A stretch of DNA of 64,000 nucleotides, from the NCBI GenBank assembly GCA_963708135.1, contig OY970192.1, positions 3,104,001 through 3,168,000 on the forward strand. Reading direction: 5' to 3'. Both the position numbers and the translations under genes were made by a program. Shown here one piece after another: positions 48,661 through 58,549 of the stretch. The notes beneath the pieces are model-generated. The model was not told the origin of the DNA, ran no database searches, and saw only the letters and a list, made by a program, of their open reading frames with translations. This stretch comes from an uncultured Gemmatimonadales bacterium. GTDB taxonomy: Bacteria; Gemmatimonadota; Gemmatimonadetes; Longimicrobiales; RSA9. Position 1 is the first letter of the stretch. Every line of letters starts with the position of its first letter.

Positions 48661-49308
48661 ATGGCACTCGAGATCGCGAGCCGCGGCACCGCGGCGCAGC
48701 AGGCCCAGTACCGAGCGGGCGTCCAGGCCGTACTTTCCATCATCCGCACCCGGGCCGTGGGAAGCATCCTGCTACGGCACCTGGAGAGCGCGCCGCGGCT
48801 CGTCCGCATCGTGCCGTACGGCGCCGCCGACGTTCACGACATGGGGCAGAACGCCTACGCCGACCCCCTCAACCCGGCCGGCGCCGATCGACATGGCAGG
48901 AGGGCGGGCGGCGGCAGCGTCAGCGAGGTGCATTTCAGCCCGAGCCTGTGGGCGCGGGACCGGAGGGTGCAGTCCACGCCGGACGAGGTCCTGCTGCACG
49001 AGCTCTGTCACGCCTACCGCCAGATCAACGGGCTGCAGCGTCAGGCTCACATCGCGTCGTTCGAGAACGTCGAAGAGTACTTCGCCGCTCTGGTGGCCTC
49101 CGTCTACTCATCCGAGAACAACCGTCCTCCGCTGGGCAACCACGGATTCTGGACGCTGCGTGATCCAGCCGTCCTGGGGCAGCCGCCCTATTCCACCTGG
49201 CTCGACCGCTTTCGTGCCACCATGCCGGGGCTCACGCGAGAGCTGGGGCAGATCCCGGCCAACCGGGTCCGCTTCAATCCGTTCCGCGACATCGGCGTGC
49301 ACGCCTGA
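48661..49308 (+). CDS. Hypothetical HExxH zinc-metallopeptidase-like protein (M91/NleD-like, tentative)
   Basis: RBS GAGGAG, PDEVLLHELCHAYRQING followed by EEYFA, and no signal peptide. Confidence 0.6.
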   Translation: MALEIASRGTAAQQAQYRAGVQAVLSIIRTRAVGSILLRHLESAPRLVRIVPYGAADVHDMGQNAYADPLNPAGADRHGRRAGGGSVSEVHFSPSLWARDRRVQSTPDEVLLHELCHAYRQINGLQRQAHIASFENVEEYFAALVASVYSSENNRPPLGNHGFWTLRDPAVLGQPPYSTWLDRFRATMPGLTRELGQIPANRVRFNPFRDIGVHA

Positions 49309-49362
49309 TCCGACGCGCAACAGCTCGATCCGCCGGTTCTTCGCTCGCCCGGCCTCCGCCGC

Positions 49363-49920
49363 CTACTCCACCTCGTGCCGCACATCGACCTCGACGCCGC
49401 GGCGCAGCGTGTCGAGGTTGACGCAGCTCCGCTCCGCGGCCACGAGGAGCCGCCCGACCAGCTCCGGATCGGTTCCCTCGCGGGGCTTCACCCGGATCCG
49501 GCAGCGCATCCCCTGGAAGCCGACGCGGACGTCATCGGAGACGCGAAGCGTGCCGCGGACATCGACGTCGCCCGTGACATCCACGGAAAGCGCCTCGAGC
49601 GCGACGCCGTGGCGGTTCGCGATCATGCGGATCACGTTGTCCATGCAGGCGGCGAGGGCCATGCACAGCAGATCGCCGGGGTTCGGCGCGTCGTGCAGCC
49701 CGGCCACCGCGCTGTGGATCCCGAGCGTCCACCGGACGCCGTAGTCCTGACTGCCCGGCACGGCCCAGACGTGGAGCGGATCCGCGAGCTCGCCCTCGAC
49801 GGTGCGGCCGCGGTCGGTGATCCGGGCCTCCTCCGGCGCCGTGCGGTAGCGCTCGCGCAGCGGGTCCTGGCGGGCGCGGACGTCGACCGGCGGGTTGTGC
49901 GTATCCGTGCGGCTGGCCAT
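49363..49920 (-). CDS. OsmC family protein
   Basis: APNPGDLLCMALAAC, DVDVRG and AERSCVNLDTL, giving the two conserved Cys. Confidence 0.85.
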   Translation of the reverse strand: MASRTDTHNPPVDVRARQDPLRERYRTAPEEARITDRGRTVEGELADPLHVWAVPGSQDYGVRWTLGIHSAVAGLHDAPNPGDLLCMALAACMDNVIRMIANRHGVALEALSVDVTGDVDVRGTLRVSDDVRVGFQGMRCRIRVKPREGTDPELVGRLLVAAERSCVNLDTLRRGVEVDVRHEVE

Positions 49921-50132
49921 GCTTCCTCCTCCTCCGTCAATGTGACGCGCGGGCGCGCTCCGGGGTCCCGCGCGGAAGCGGGCCCGGCGCGCGAGTGGCC
50001 CGACGTCGCCTCGCGCGCCGCTCCCCGGAGCTCAAGCTCCGCAGGCGACGGCGCCCGGGCCATGATCCGGGCTCCGCCATTCCTGACCGGGGCTCCACGA
50101 TCCCGGCGGGGCGCGGCCCTGGAGGTGCGCCG

Positions 50133-51170
50133 ATGGACCCTCTCTCCAATGTGCTGCGCGTCACGCGGCTGACGAGCGCCCTCTTCTTCACCGCCCGGCT
50201 GCGCGGGCCCTGGGCCGTGGCCTCGCCTCCGACGGCCGAGCTCGGCCGGCTCCTCCGGCTCCGCACGGAGTGCATCTCTCTCTTCCACGTCGTCGCCGAG
50301 GGACGCTGCCACATCGGGCTCGACCATGGCGCGCCCGTCGAGGTGGGGGCGGGCAGCATCGTGCTGTTTCCGCACGGCAGCGCGCACTTCATGGCCAGCC
50401 AGCCCGGGCTGGCGCCGCGTCCCGTGGCCGGGCTGCTCGCGCGGCTGCCGCTGGAGGACGTGCCGCACGTCGAGCACGGGCGGGACGGCCCGGCCACCCG
50501 CCTCGTGTGCGGCTACCTCGAGTGCGAGCAGCGCTTCGCCCCGCTCATGGGCGCGCTGCCCGAGATGCTGCTGGTGCGGGCGAGCGGCAAGATGCTGGGC
50601 GGCGGACCCGCGGCCGAGCCGCTGGACGGCGCCGGCGGCCGGGCCGAGGGCGAGGTGTGGCTGCGGGCGATGCTGGAGCACACGGTGCGCGAAGCCGGCG
50701 CGGACCGGCCTGGCGCCCCCGCGATGCTGGCGCGCCTCACGGAGCTGCTCTTCGTGGCGATCCTGCGGCGGGTGATGGAGCGGCTGCCCGCGCACGGCAC
50801 CGGCTGGCTCGCGGCCGTGCGGGATCCCGACGTCGGGCGCGCGCTCCGGCTCATGCACGCCGCGCCCGAACGTGCGTGGACGGTCGAGGCGCTGGCCCGC
50901 GAGGCCCACCTGTCCCGCTCCGCGCTCGCCCAGCGCTTCAGCGCGCTCGTCGGGGAGTCGCCGATGCGGTACCTGACCACCTGGCGCATGCTGGTGGCGC
51001 GGCGGCTTCTGCGCGAGCGTCGCCTGAGCACGGCGCAGGTCGCGCGGCGGGTGGGCTACGGGTCCGAGGTCGCCTTCCAGCGCGCCTTCAAGCGCGTGGT
51101 CGGCGCGACGCCCGCCGCCTGGCGCCGCGCTCAGGCGCCGGCGCCGAGCGAGGTCGGGGCGCGGAGGTAG
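50133..51170 (+). CDS. AraC family transcriptional regulator with a cupin_6 domain
   Basis: MDPLSNVL, FHVVAEGRC, WTVEALAREAHLSRS and VGYGSEVAFQRAFKR. Divergent from osmC. Confidence 0.92.
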   Translation: MDPLSNVLRVTRLTSALFFTARLRGPWAVASPPTAELGRLLRLRTECISLFHVVAEGRCHIGLDHGAPVEVGAGSIVLFPHGSAHFMASQPGLAPRPVAGLLARLPLEDVPHVEHGRDGPATRLVCGYLECEQRFAPLMGALPEMLLVRASGKMLGGGPAAEPLDGAGGRAEGEVWLRAMLEHTVREAGADRPGAPAMLARLTELLFVAILRRVMERLPAHGTGWLAAVRDPDVGRALRLMHAAPERAWTVEALAREAHLSRSALAQRFSALVGESPMRYLTTWRMLVARRLLRERRLSTAQVARRVGYGSEVAFQRAFKRVVGATPAAWRRAQAPAPSEVGARR

Positions 51171-51443
51171 CCGCCGCCGCAGGCGCCGAACGCCGCCGAG
51201 CCCGTGGCCCGGCCCTCCGGCCGGAGACAACGGTCGGACGCCCCGGGGTTATCTCGGGCGGGCCGCAGCGCAATCGCAGGGATTCCCGCACCGAGCTACA
51301 CGTTTGCGCAGCCCGGACGAGGTCGCGCGATAGCTAGCCGGGCCGCGAGCGCTCCATGAATGTGTGCGGCGGCGGTCGTGAACTCCCCAGCCGTACCCCG
51401 GCGCAGAGGCGGTTCCCACGGGCCGGAACTCCATGGCAATGGT

Positions 51444-51513
51444 TGGGGACTTTGCCGCGCTATTCGCCGTCAAGTCCCCACGCGTTGATTTCACGGCCGA
51501 CGCGTGGGGACTT
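51444..51513. repeat. Cluster of three alternating TGGGGACTT/AAGTCCCCA motifs (REP-like)
   Basis: TGGGGACTT (51444), AAGTCCCCACGCGT (51472) and ACGCGTGGGGACTT (51500). The last two form a perfect 14-bp inverted repeat. Confidence 0.65.
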
Positions 51514-51580
51514 TCCTGCCCCGCGGACGGAGGCATGAAGGCGGCGCCGCAGGGCGCGGCGGCGCGAGTCGAGGGCACTT

Positions 51581-52024
51581 CTAGCCGGCGGTCGCGTCCT
51601 CGATGTGCTGGCTCATCATCCACTGCTGGCCGAACGGGTCGCGCAGCCGACCGGCGCGGTCGCCGTAGAACTGGTCCTCGAGCGGGTAGACCACCTCGGC
51701 GCCCGCCTCGACGGCACGGTTCCAGACCGCGTCCACGTCCTCCCAGTACGTGGCCATGATCGCGCTGACCCGGCCGCCGAGCGAGGGCGGCGCGGCCATG
51801 GGCGTGGGATCGGGGCCGACGCCCTCCTCGGTGATGAACACGACGGAGTCGCCGATGCGCAGCTCCGCGTGGATCAGCTGCCCATCGGGGGCGGCGAAGC
51901 GCTCGCCGAGCTCTTCGGCGCCGAACGCGCGGCGGTAAAACTCGATCGCCGCCGCGCCATCGCGCACGACGAGCCGGGGGGTGACTGTGTGCAGGTGCGC
52001 CGGGATCGGACGTTGGGAAGCCAT
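51581..52024 (-). CDS. VOC/glyoxalase family protein (PhnB-like)
   Basis: TVTPRLVVRDGAAAIEFYRRAFGA, HAELRIGDS and DQFYGDRAGRLRDPFGQQW. Confidence 0.92.
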   Translation of the reverse strand: MASQRPIPAHLHTVTPRLVVRDGAAAIEFYRRAFGAEELGERFAAPDGQLIHAELRIGDSVVFITEEGVGPDPTPMAAPPSLGGRVSAIMATYWEDVDAVWNRAVEAGAEVVYPLEDQFYGDRAGRLRDPFGQQWMMSQHIEDATAG

Positions 52025-52176
52025 GGAGGCATAGTGCGGCGGGCGGCGCGGCGGTGCAAGCGTCGCACGCGGGAAGCCGCCGGGCAAGCGGCGCGCCCTC
52101 ACCGGACCCGTCATCCGGGTTCGTCGAGCGCGACGAGCGAGATCCCGTACGCGCCGGGGTCGCGGAACGCGGCGAG

Positions 52177-52605
52177 TCACGGGCCGCCCTCCTCCAGCAG
52201 CGCGTCGATCTCGCGCAGGCGGGCCGCGGTCTCCGGCAGCTCGACCAGGGGGACGGCGCCGGAGGCGAGGGCGCCGTAGAGGAAGCGCGCGCGGGCGAGG
52301 AGGCTCGCGGCCGCCGTGTCGTCGCCTGAGAGGTGCGCCTCCAGGCCTTCGAGGTAGAAGCACTCGGCGAGGAACCAGCACCGCGTGGGATCCGCCTGCG
52401 GACCGGAGCCGACGAGCAGGAGCAGCGTCTCGGGGGTGACGCGGCGGGCGAGCTCCAGGTCCACGCCCGCGGCCTCGGCCGCGGCGTGCAGGTCGCGCCG
52501 CACCGCTTCGCGCGTGGTGGCGCCCCCGAGGAGGCGGGCACGCACCGCCGCCAGGATCCGCCCCAGCCGCTCGATCTCCCTCAGAATGAAGTCGCGCTGC
52601 GGCAT
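52177..52605 (-). CDS. Hypothetical protein (DUF6483-like)
   Basis: N-terminus MPQRDFILREIERLGRIL and a helical body. Confidence 0.65.
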   Translation of the reverse strand: MPQRDFILREIERLGRILAAVRARLLGGATTREAVRRDLHAAAEAAGVDLELARRVTPETLLLLVGSGPQADPTRCWFLAECFYLEGLEAHLSGDDTAAASLLARARFLYGALASGAVPLVELPETAARLREIDALLEEGGP

Positions 52606-52803
52606 CGGCGCTCCGGCATGAGGTCGGTGAAGCCGCCCGAAAAATGGAAGGTGCAGCTACCCCCGACCGCCGCGCCAGGATGCGGGCGCTCCGGCGGACC
52701 GGCGGCAGCGGGTTTCGCGGGCCGAGAGGCCCCTGGCCCAACTCCTCACCGCCCACGATCTTTCCCTTAGGCCAACCCCCCCGTGCAACCCGGAGCCCAG
52801 CCA

Positions 52804-53490
52804 ATGTCCAAGGCCGCCTGCGTCCCCGTACTCCGTGCCGCCCTCCGTCGGCGCGCCGCCCTGGCGCACCGCGCCGCGGGCGTCCTCGCGCCCGTCCGCC
52901 GCCGCGCCGCCGCGGCCGCCCTGGCCGCGGCCGTCCTCGGTCCCGCGTCCGTCCGCGCCCAGGCGCCTCCGCCCGTCCAGCAGATCGCCGCGGCCGTGCT
53001 CGCGGCGCCCGAGCCGATGCGTGCGGGCGCGGCCGTCCTCGGCTGGACCGACGACGGCCGCGTGGTCACGCTCCGGCGGGGCACGAACGCGCTGGTCTGC
53101 CTGGCGGACGACCCGCGTGACCGCTACTGGAGCGTGGCCTGCTACCACCGCTCGCTCGAGCCGTTCATGGCGCGTGGCCGCGAGCTGCTGCGGCAGGGCA
53201 TCAAGGGGAAGGAGCGCGAGGAGGTGCGCTGGAAGGAGGTGCGCGAGGGGAAGCTGAAGCTGCCGTACGGCCGCATCCTCTACGTGCTCGACGGCAAGGG
53301 CTACGATCCGGCCACGAAGACGGTGGACCAACCCTACCTGCGCTGGGTGATCTACACGCCCGGCGCCACCACGGAGTTGACCGGCATCGCCACGGCGGCC
53401 CGCGAGCCGGGCGAGCCCTGGCTCATGTTCCCTGGCACCGTCGGCGCCCACATCATGATCACGCCGCCGCGTGCCGGCGCGGAGCCGTAG
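52804..53490 (+). CDS. Secreted hypothetical protein (start uncertain)
   Basis: Signal-like AAALAAAVLGPASVRAQ, LRRGTNALVCLADDP and PWLMFPGTVGAHIMI, with coding-like codon usage. Confidence 0.7.
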   Translation: MSKAACVPVLRAALRRRAALAHRAAGVLAPVRRRAAAAALAAAVLGPASVRAQAPPPVQQIAAAVLAAPEPMRAGAAVLGWTDDGRVVTLRRGTNALVCLADDPRDRYWSVACYHRSLEPFMARGRELLRQGIKGKEREEVRWKEVREGKLKLPYGRILYVLDGKGYDPATKTVDQPYLRWVIYTPGATTELTGIATAAREPGEPWLMFPGTVGAHIMITPPRAGAEP

Positions 53491-53625
53491 GGCGCGGCGC
53501 GATCTTGCGGCCGCACGCGCCCGGGAGCCATTCTCCGGCCGAGGAAGCGGTGTGCGCGCGGCGATCGCGCGTGCGGCGCCCGCCCGGCTCGACCCCGCTC
53601 CCGCTCGGCGAGGAGGCATGCCAGC

Positions 53626-54384
53626 ATGCGACCGCGAGACAGAATGCGCACGCGCGCGCTCACCCTGGCGGCGCTCGGAGTCGTGGGCCTCGGGGCGGCG
53701 CCCTTCAGGCTCGACGCCCAGGCGACGCCCCACCCGGTCCACGTGACCGGCAACCTCGGGTTCGTCAACGCCTCCGGCAACACGGAGCTGACAACGCTCA
53801 GCGCCGATGAGAAGCTCGCGGCCGTCTCGCGCGACTCCCTCTGGAAATTCGAGCAGACCGCGGCCGCGGTGTACGGCCGCTCCCGGGATTCGACCACGGC
53901 CGGCGCCTACGCCGCGGGCGCGCGACTGGACCGGATGCTCTCGCGCCGGCTCGGCGTCTTCGCGGGCGGGACGTGGCAGCGGAACCGGTTCGCGGGGATC
54001 GCCCGGCGCTTCGAGGAGCTGCTCGGCCTGTCCTACGACCTGCTGGCCGGCGCTCGCAACACGCTCGAGGTGGAGGTCGGCACGGCCTTCACGCAGCAGC
54101 GGAGCACGACCGGGCTGGACGAGAGCTTCGTGGCCGGCCGGTTCGCGGGCACGTACAAGCACATGCTCACGGACAAGGCCTTCGTCGCGGAGGCGGCCGA
54201 GATCCTCCCCAACCTCGAGACCCGCGCGGACTACCGGATCAACTCGGAGACCTCGCTCGTGGCCCCGCTGTCCACGGCCATCGCGCTCCGGCTGTCCTAC
54301 ACCGTCCACTTCGACAACCTGCCGGAGCCGGGCTTCGAGAAGACGGACCGGATCCTGAGCTCGGGCATCCAGGTCACGTTCTAG
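53626..54384 (+). CDS. DUF481 (YdiY-like) outer-membrane beta-barrel protein
   Basis: Signal peptide, LGFVNASGNT, alternating beta strands and a terminal Phe (GIQVTF). Confidence 0.85.
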   Translation: MRPRDRMRTRALTLAALGVVGLGAAPFRLDAQATPHPVHVTGNLGFVNASGNTELTTLSADEKLAAVSRDSLWKFEQTAAAVYGRSRDSTTAGAYAAGARLDRMLSRRLGVFAGGTWQRNRFAGIARRFEELLGLSYDLLAGARNTLEVEVGTAFTQQRSTTGLDESFVAGRFAGTYKHMLTDKAFVAEAAEILPNLETRADYRINSETSLVAPLSTAIALRLSYTVHFDNLPEPGFEKTDRILSSGIQVTF

Positions 54385-54419
54385 CGAGTGGCCCGTATCC
54401 CTCGTCGCCAGGGGGCAGG

Positions 54420-54660
54420 CTCGTTCCTCAAGCAGCTCGTGCGACGCCGCGTGTTTGCGGCCCGCTCGCTCCGCGACGCCGAGCCCGCCGCGGCCGCGCG
54501 CGCGCTGCCCGCCCGCGCTCCCGGCCGCGCGGCCGTGGCCGTCATGCCGTTCAAGGAGCGGGGGCCGCGCCTGCGCGAGATCGGCGCGAGGCTGGGGGCG
54601 ACGGCGGTAGTGGATGGAGCGTGCGGCGCGCGGGGACCGGGGGCGCATCGTCGCCCACGC
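54420..54660 (+). pseudogene. Collapsed remnant of a TolB-like/TPR gene
   Basis: Juxtaposed fragments FLKQLVRRRV / AVAVMPF / FKERGPRLREIGARLGATAVVDG, then a frameshifted GSVRRAGDR.RIVA. These match the landmarks of the intact paralogs at 18881 and 55886. Confidence 0.55.
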
Positions 54661-54762
54661 CCCGCCGGCCCCCCGCGGGAGCGGCCCGAGCGCCACCGTC
54701 CCTGCCGGAGCCGGCTCGGAAGCCGCGACCGGCCGGGGCTCACTCCGGCCGGTCCGGCCAGC

Positions 54763-55053
54763 TCAGGCGCCGACCGTCGCCTCCTCGGCCGTCACCGGCT
54801 CGATCATGCGGTGCACGCGCGCGATCACGTCGGCGGGGAAGCCGCCCTCGCGGGCGTGCCTCAGCACCATCTCCTCGTCGGGCGCCACGTAGATGCAGTA
54901 GATCTTGTCGTCCGTGACGTAGCTGTGGACCCACTGGATCCTGGGACCGAGCTCGTTCAGCACGCCGCACGAGCGCTGCGAGATGGCCGCGAGCTGCTCC
55001 GCCGACAGCTGGCCGGCGCCCGGCAGGTCCCGCTCGATGATGTACTTGGGCAT
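54763..55053 (-). CDS. DUF4242 domain protein
   Basis: MPKYIIERDLPGAG...IQWVHSYVTDDKIYCIYVAPDEEMVLRHAREGGFPAD. Confidence 0.88.
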   Translation of the reverse strand: MPKYIIERDLPGAGQLSAEQLAAISQRSCGVLNELGPRIQWVHSYVTDDKIYCIYVAPDEEMVLRHAREGGFPADVIARVHRMIEPVTAEEATVGA

Positions 55054-55078
55054 GGTACTCTCCTGGTTCGGGTCGAGG

Positions 55079-55759
55079 TCACTGGGAGGCGCCGAGGTGC
55101 GTCACATCGCTGCCCGCATACTGGCAGGTCACGGTGGGATTCCAGTCGCTGAAGACGCCGCTCGGGTTCTCCTGCCACACCCACGCGTGCAGCCCCCAGA
55201 TGCCGAAGGCGTCGTTGTGGTGGAAGGGGACACCGCCGAACAGGGTAGGCGCCGGATCGGTGGCCGGCACGAGCGTGTAGGGGATGATGTACTCGACGCC
55301 CACCAGCTGCATGCGCCCGTTCTTCTGCGGCGCGTACATGAGCAGCTCGGGCTTGCGCGCGTCCGGCACGGGGTCGTTGACGTAGGTCGGGTTGCCGTAG
55401 TGGTAGCCCATGGTGCCGGCCGGCAGGTTGTCCATGCAGTTGGTGACCTCCACCGTCCAGCCCGCGTCCTGCGCCGCCTGGAAGTCGTGGAAGCGCGCCG
55501 TCACCTGCCGCAGCGCGGCCAGGTCGCGGTTGGCTGTGGCCGACCCGCCGCTGCTGCCCATGTCGAACGCCACCTGCCCGGCGGGGCCCCGCTGCGCCGC
55601 GGGCGCGTCGATCGGCTGGTCGCACGCGGCCGCCAGCAGGAGCGCCAGCGCGCCGGCCGCTCCGGCCCGCGCGATCCGCCCGGCCGCTGCGCCCGCCCGG
55701 CCGCTGCCCCCCGCGCGCCGCCCCGCGGCCGTCTCCCGATCCAGCATTCTCGATTCCAT
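55079..55759 (-). CDS. Hypothetical lipoprotein with conserved His motifs
   Basis: RBS GGGAGG, lipobox AAAC, MGYHY, PELLMY, LVGVEY and WGLHAWVWQENPSGVFSDWNPTVTC. Confidence 0.75.
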   Translation of the reverse strand: MESRMLDRETAAGRRAGGSGRAGAAAGRIARAGAAGALALLLAAACDQPIDAPAAQRGPAGQVAFDMGSSGGSATANRDLAALRQVTARFHDFQAAQDAGWTVEVTNCMDNLPAGTMGYHYGNPTYVNDPVPDARKPELLMYAPQKNGRMQLVGVEYIIPYTLVPATDPAPTLFGGVPFHHNDAFGIWGLHAWVWQENPSGVFSDWNPTVTCQYAGSDVTHLGASQ

Positions 55760-55885
55760 CACAAGACCTCCCCATGGTTGAAGGATGAGGGACCACTTGC
55801 CGTCCCTCTGCGTCGCGCTGCACATTGCAGCCGCGCCATCGCCCGGCTGTCGTCCCGTTCTCGCCACCCTCTCGCCCATGGCATC

Positions 55886-58132
55886 TTGTTTCGGCTCAAG
55901 CTCTTCGGCAGCGCCACCATCGAGGGCCCCGACGGCCCGCTGAGTGGCCGGCCCGTGCAGCGGCGGCGGCTCGCGCTGCTGGCGCTCCTCGGCCTGGCCC
56001 GCCAGCGCGGGCTCACGCGCGACAAGCTGATCGGCTATCTCTGGCCGGATGCCGACCCGGAGCGGGCTCGCCGTCTGCTCTCGGACTCGGTCTACCGGAT
56101 CAACCAGGCGGTGGGCGGCGAGGCCATCGTCGCCTTCGGGGACGACCTCCGGCTCGATCCCGAGCGGCTGCCCAGCGATGCATGGGAGTTCCTCGAGGCG
56201 CTCGAGCGAGGCGAGTGGCGGCGCGTCACCGAGGTCTACGTGGCGCCGTTCCTGGACGGCTTCTTCCTGACCGGCGCGGACGAGCTCGAGCGGTGGGTGG
56301 ACGCGCAGCGCGAGCGGCTGGCGCGCGAGCGCGGGCGCGCGCTCGAGGCGCTCGCGGAGGCGGCCGAGCGCGACCGCGACACTGGCGAGGCCGTCCGCTG
56401 GTGGCGCATGCTGGCGGCTCAGGATCCCTACAGCTCGCGGGTGGCGCTGCGACTGATGCGGGCGCTGGATGCGGACGGCGATGCGGCGGCGGCGCTCCGG
56501 CACGCGCGCGTGCATTCGCTCATGCTGAAGGAGGAGCTCGGCCTCGAGCCGGATGCCGAGCTGCTGGCTTTCGTCGAGGCGCTGCGGGCCGCGCCGCGGG
56601 CGGGCGTGCCGGCCGGCGACGAGGCCCGCGCCGCCCGCGCGGATGCCGCCGCACTCGCCGGGACGCCGCCGGTGCGGCCCGCCTCAGCCTCCGCCGCCGC
56701 GCCGATGGCCGTGCCCACCGGCGCAGATTCCCCCTCGCCCAGGCCACCGGCCGGCCCCGCCGGGCACACGGTTGCCGTGCTGCCGTTCGTGAACCTGAGC
56801 GCGGATCCGGAGAACGAGTACTTCGCCGACGGGATCACGGAAGATGTGATCGCCCACCTGTCGAGGATCGGCGCGCTGAGCGTGATCTCGCGCGCCTCGA
56901 GCATGCGCTTCAAGGACCGGGAGCAGAGCCCCCGCGAGATCGGGGCGGCGCTCGGGGCGGCCACCCTCCTGGCCGGGAGCGTGCGGCGCGCCGGGGACCG
57001 GGTGCGCATCGTCGCCCAGCTCGTGGATGCGGAGACCGGCCGCTGCCTCTGGGCGGAGACCTACGACCGGCGGCTCACCGATGTGTTCGCGATCCAGACG
57101 GACGTGGCGCTCCGGATCGCCGAGACCCTGCGCGCGCAGCTTTCGGCCGACGAGCGGGCGCGGATCCGGAAGGAGCCGACGCGCGACCTGCAGGCCTACC
57201 AGCTCTACCTCCAGGGCCGGATCTGCTTCGTCCACTTCACCGAAGAAGGACTGCGCGGGGGGATCGACTACTTCGAGCGGGCCATCGAGCGGGACCCGGG
57301 CTATGGCCCGGCCTACGTCGGGATTGCGATGGCGTACGCCGAGCTGGGGGAGACCGGGATGCTGGAGCCGGGCGAGGCATACCGGCGGGCCAGCGAGGCG
57401 GCCGCGAAGGGCCTCGCCCTCGACGATGGGCTGGCCGAGGCGCACTGCGTTCTCGGCCAGCTCAAGGTCGTGTCGGCCTTCGACTGGCCGGGCGCCGAGC
57501 GCGAGTTCCGGCGCGCCCTCGAGCTGAGCCCCAGCAGCGCCGATACGTGGGACCTCTACGGGCGTATGGCCTCATCCCTCGGCCGGCACGAGGAGGCCGT
57601 CGCGATGGAGAGTCGAGCGCAGGAGCTCGACCCGCTGGCGCACCGGGCGGACTTCGCCACCGCCCTGATCCGCGCCGGCCGCTACGAGGAAGCGCTCGAG
57701 GCGGCCCGGCGCACCATCGAGCTCGACCCCCGCTACGACCGGGGGCACGCCACCCTCGGCTGGGCCTACCTGAAGAACGGGCTGCCGGAAGAAGGCCTGG
57801 CGGAGCTGGAGAGGGCGGTCGCGCTGTCGCCGGAGAATGCCGCCTGGCTCGCGCAGCTCGGGCAGGCGTACGGCATGGTGGGGAGGACCGAGCAGGCGCG
57901 CGAGGCCCTCGGCCGGCTGGAGGCGATGGCCCGCGAGCGCTACGTCTCGCCGTACCACATGGCCTACATCTACACGGGCCTCGGCGAGGCGGATCGCGCC
58001 GTCGAAGCACTCGAGCGCGCCTACGAGGAGCGGGCCGGTGGGGTCTACGGCATCAAGGGCTCGTTCCTCTTCACGACCCTCCACTCCCACCCCGGCTTCC
58101 AGGCCCTGCTCCGGCGCATGAACCTGGCCTGA
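55886..58132 (+). CDS. SARP-type regulator: wHTH-BTAD plus TolB-like domain plus TPR repeats
   Basis: LFRLKLFG, TRDKLIGYLWP, PFLDGF, BTAD DPYS, VAVLPFVNLSADPENEYFADG and TPRs. The TTG start is inferred. Confidence 0.88.
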   Translation: MFRLKLFGSATIEGPDGPLSGRPVQRRRLALLALLGLARQRGLTRDKLIGYLWPDADPERARRLLSDSVYRINQAVGGEAIVAFGDDLRLDPERLPSDAWEFLEALERGEWRRVTEVYVAPFLDGFFLTGADELERWVDAQRERLARERGRALEALAEAAERDRDTGEAVRWWRMLAAQDPYSSRVALRLMRALDADGDAAAALRHARVHSLMLKEELGLEPDAELLAFVEALRAAPRAGVPAGDEARAARADAAALAGTPPVRPASASAAAPMAVPTGADSPSPRPPAGPAGHTVAVLPFVNLSADPENEYFADGITEDVIAHLSRIGALSVISRASSMRFKDREQSPREIGAALGAATLLAGSVRRAGDRVRIVAQLVDAETGRCLWAETYDRRLTDVFAIQTDVALRIAETLRAQLSADERARIRKEPTRDLQAYQLYLQGRICFVHFTEEGLRGGIDYFERAIERDPGYGPAYVGIAMAYAELGETGMLEPGEAYRRASEAAAKGLALDDGLAEAHCVLGQLKVVSAFDWPGAEREFRRALELSPSSADTWDLYGRMASSLGRHEEAVAMESRAQELDPLAHRADFATALIRAGRYEEALEAARRTIELDPRYDRGHATLGWAYLKNGLPEEGLAELERAVALSPENAAWLAQLGQAYGMVGRTEQAREALGRLEAMARERYVSPYHMAYIYTGLGEADRAVEALERAYEERAGGVYGIKGSFLFTTLHSHPGFQALLRRMNLA

Positions 58133-58147
58133 GGGCTGTCCGGCTGC

Positions 58148-58495
58148 CTCGCGGCGCGATAAGGATCGCGCAATGGGCGGGCGCCGAATCGCACCCACCC
58201 TCGCGGCGCGATAAAGATCGCGCAATGGGCGGGCGCCGAACCGCACGCACCCACGCGGCGCGATAAAGATCGCGCAATGGGCGGGCGCCACGCCGTCCAG
58301 ATCCGGAATCATCTCGGAAACCGGGCAAGATCGCGGGCGCGGCGTCGCCGAGAGGCGGCGGGTGCGCCTTTCTTCTCGAATCCCGATCAAGAAGGCGGTC
58401 GCGATCCTCGCGGCGAGGTCCGCTCGCCGATCCTGCTCGCCGCCCGCCGCGCGGATCGGCTGTCCGTCGCGCCCGCGCGGGCGAACCCGCGACGG
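58148..58495. repeat. Left direct repeat: 3 x 52-bp palindromic units plus a ~200-bp tail
   Basis: Units at 58148, 58200 and 58252 with palindrome GCGCGAT-AAGG/AAAG-ATCGCGC. The tail TCCAGATCC...AACCCGCGACGG is nearly identical to 59863-60059. Confidence 0.92.
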
Positions 58496-58549
58496 CGGCC
58501 CGATCGGAGGTTCATCCCGCGGTGCCGGCGGCCGGGCCTGACGGGCGGC

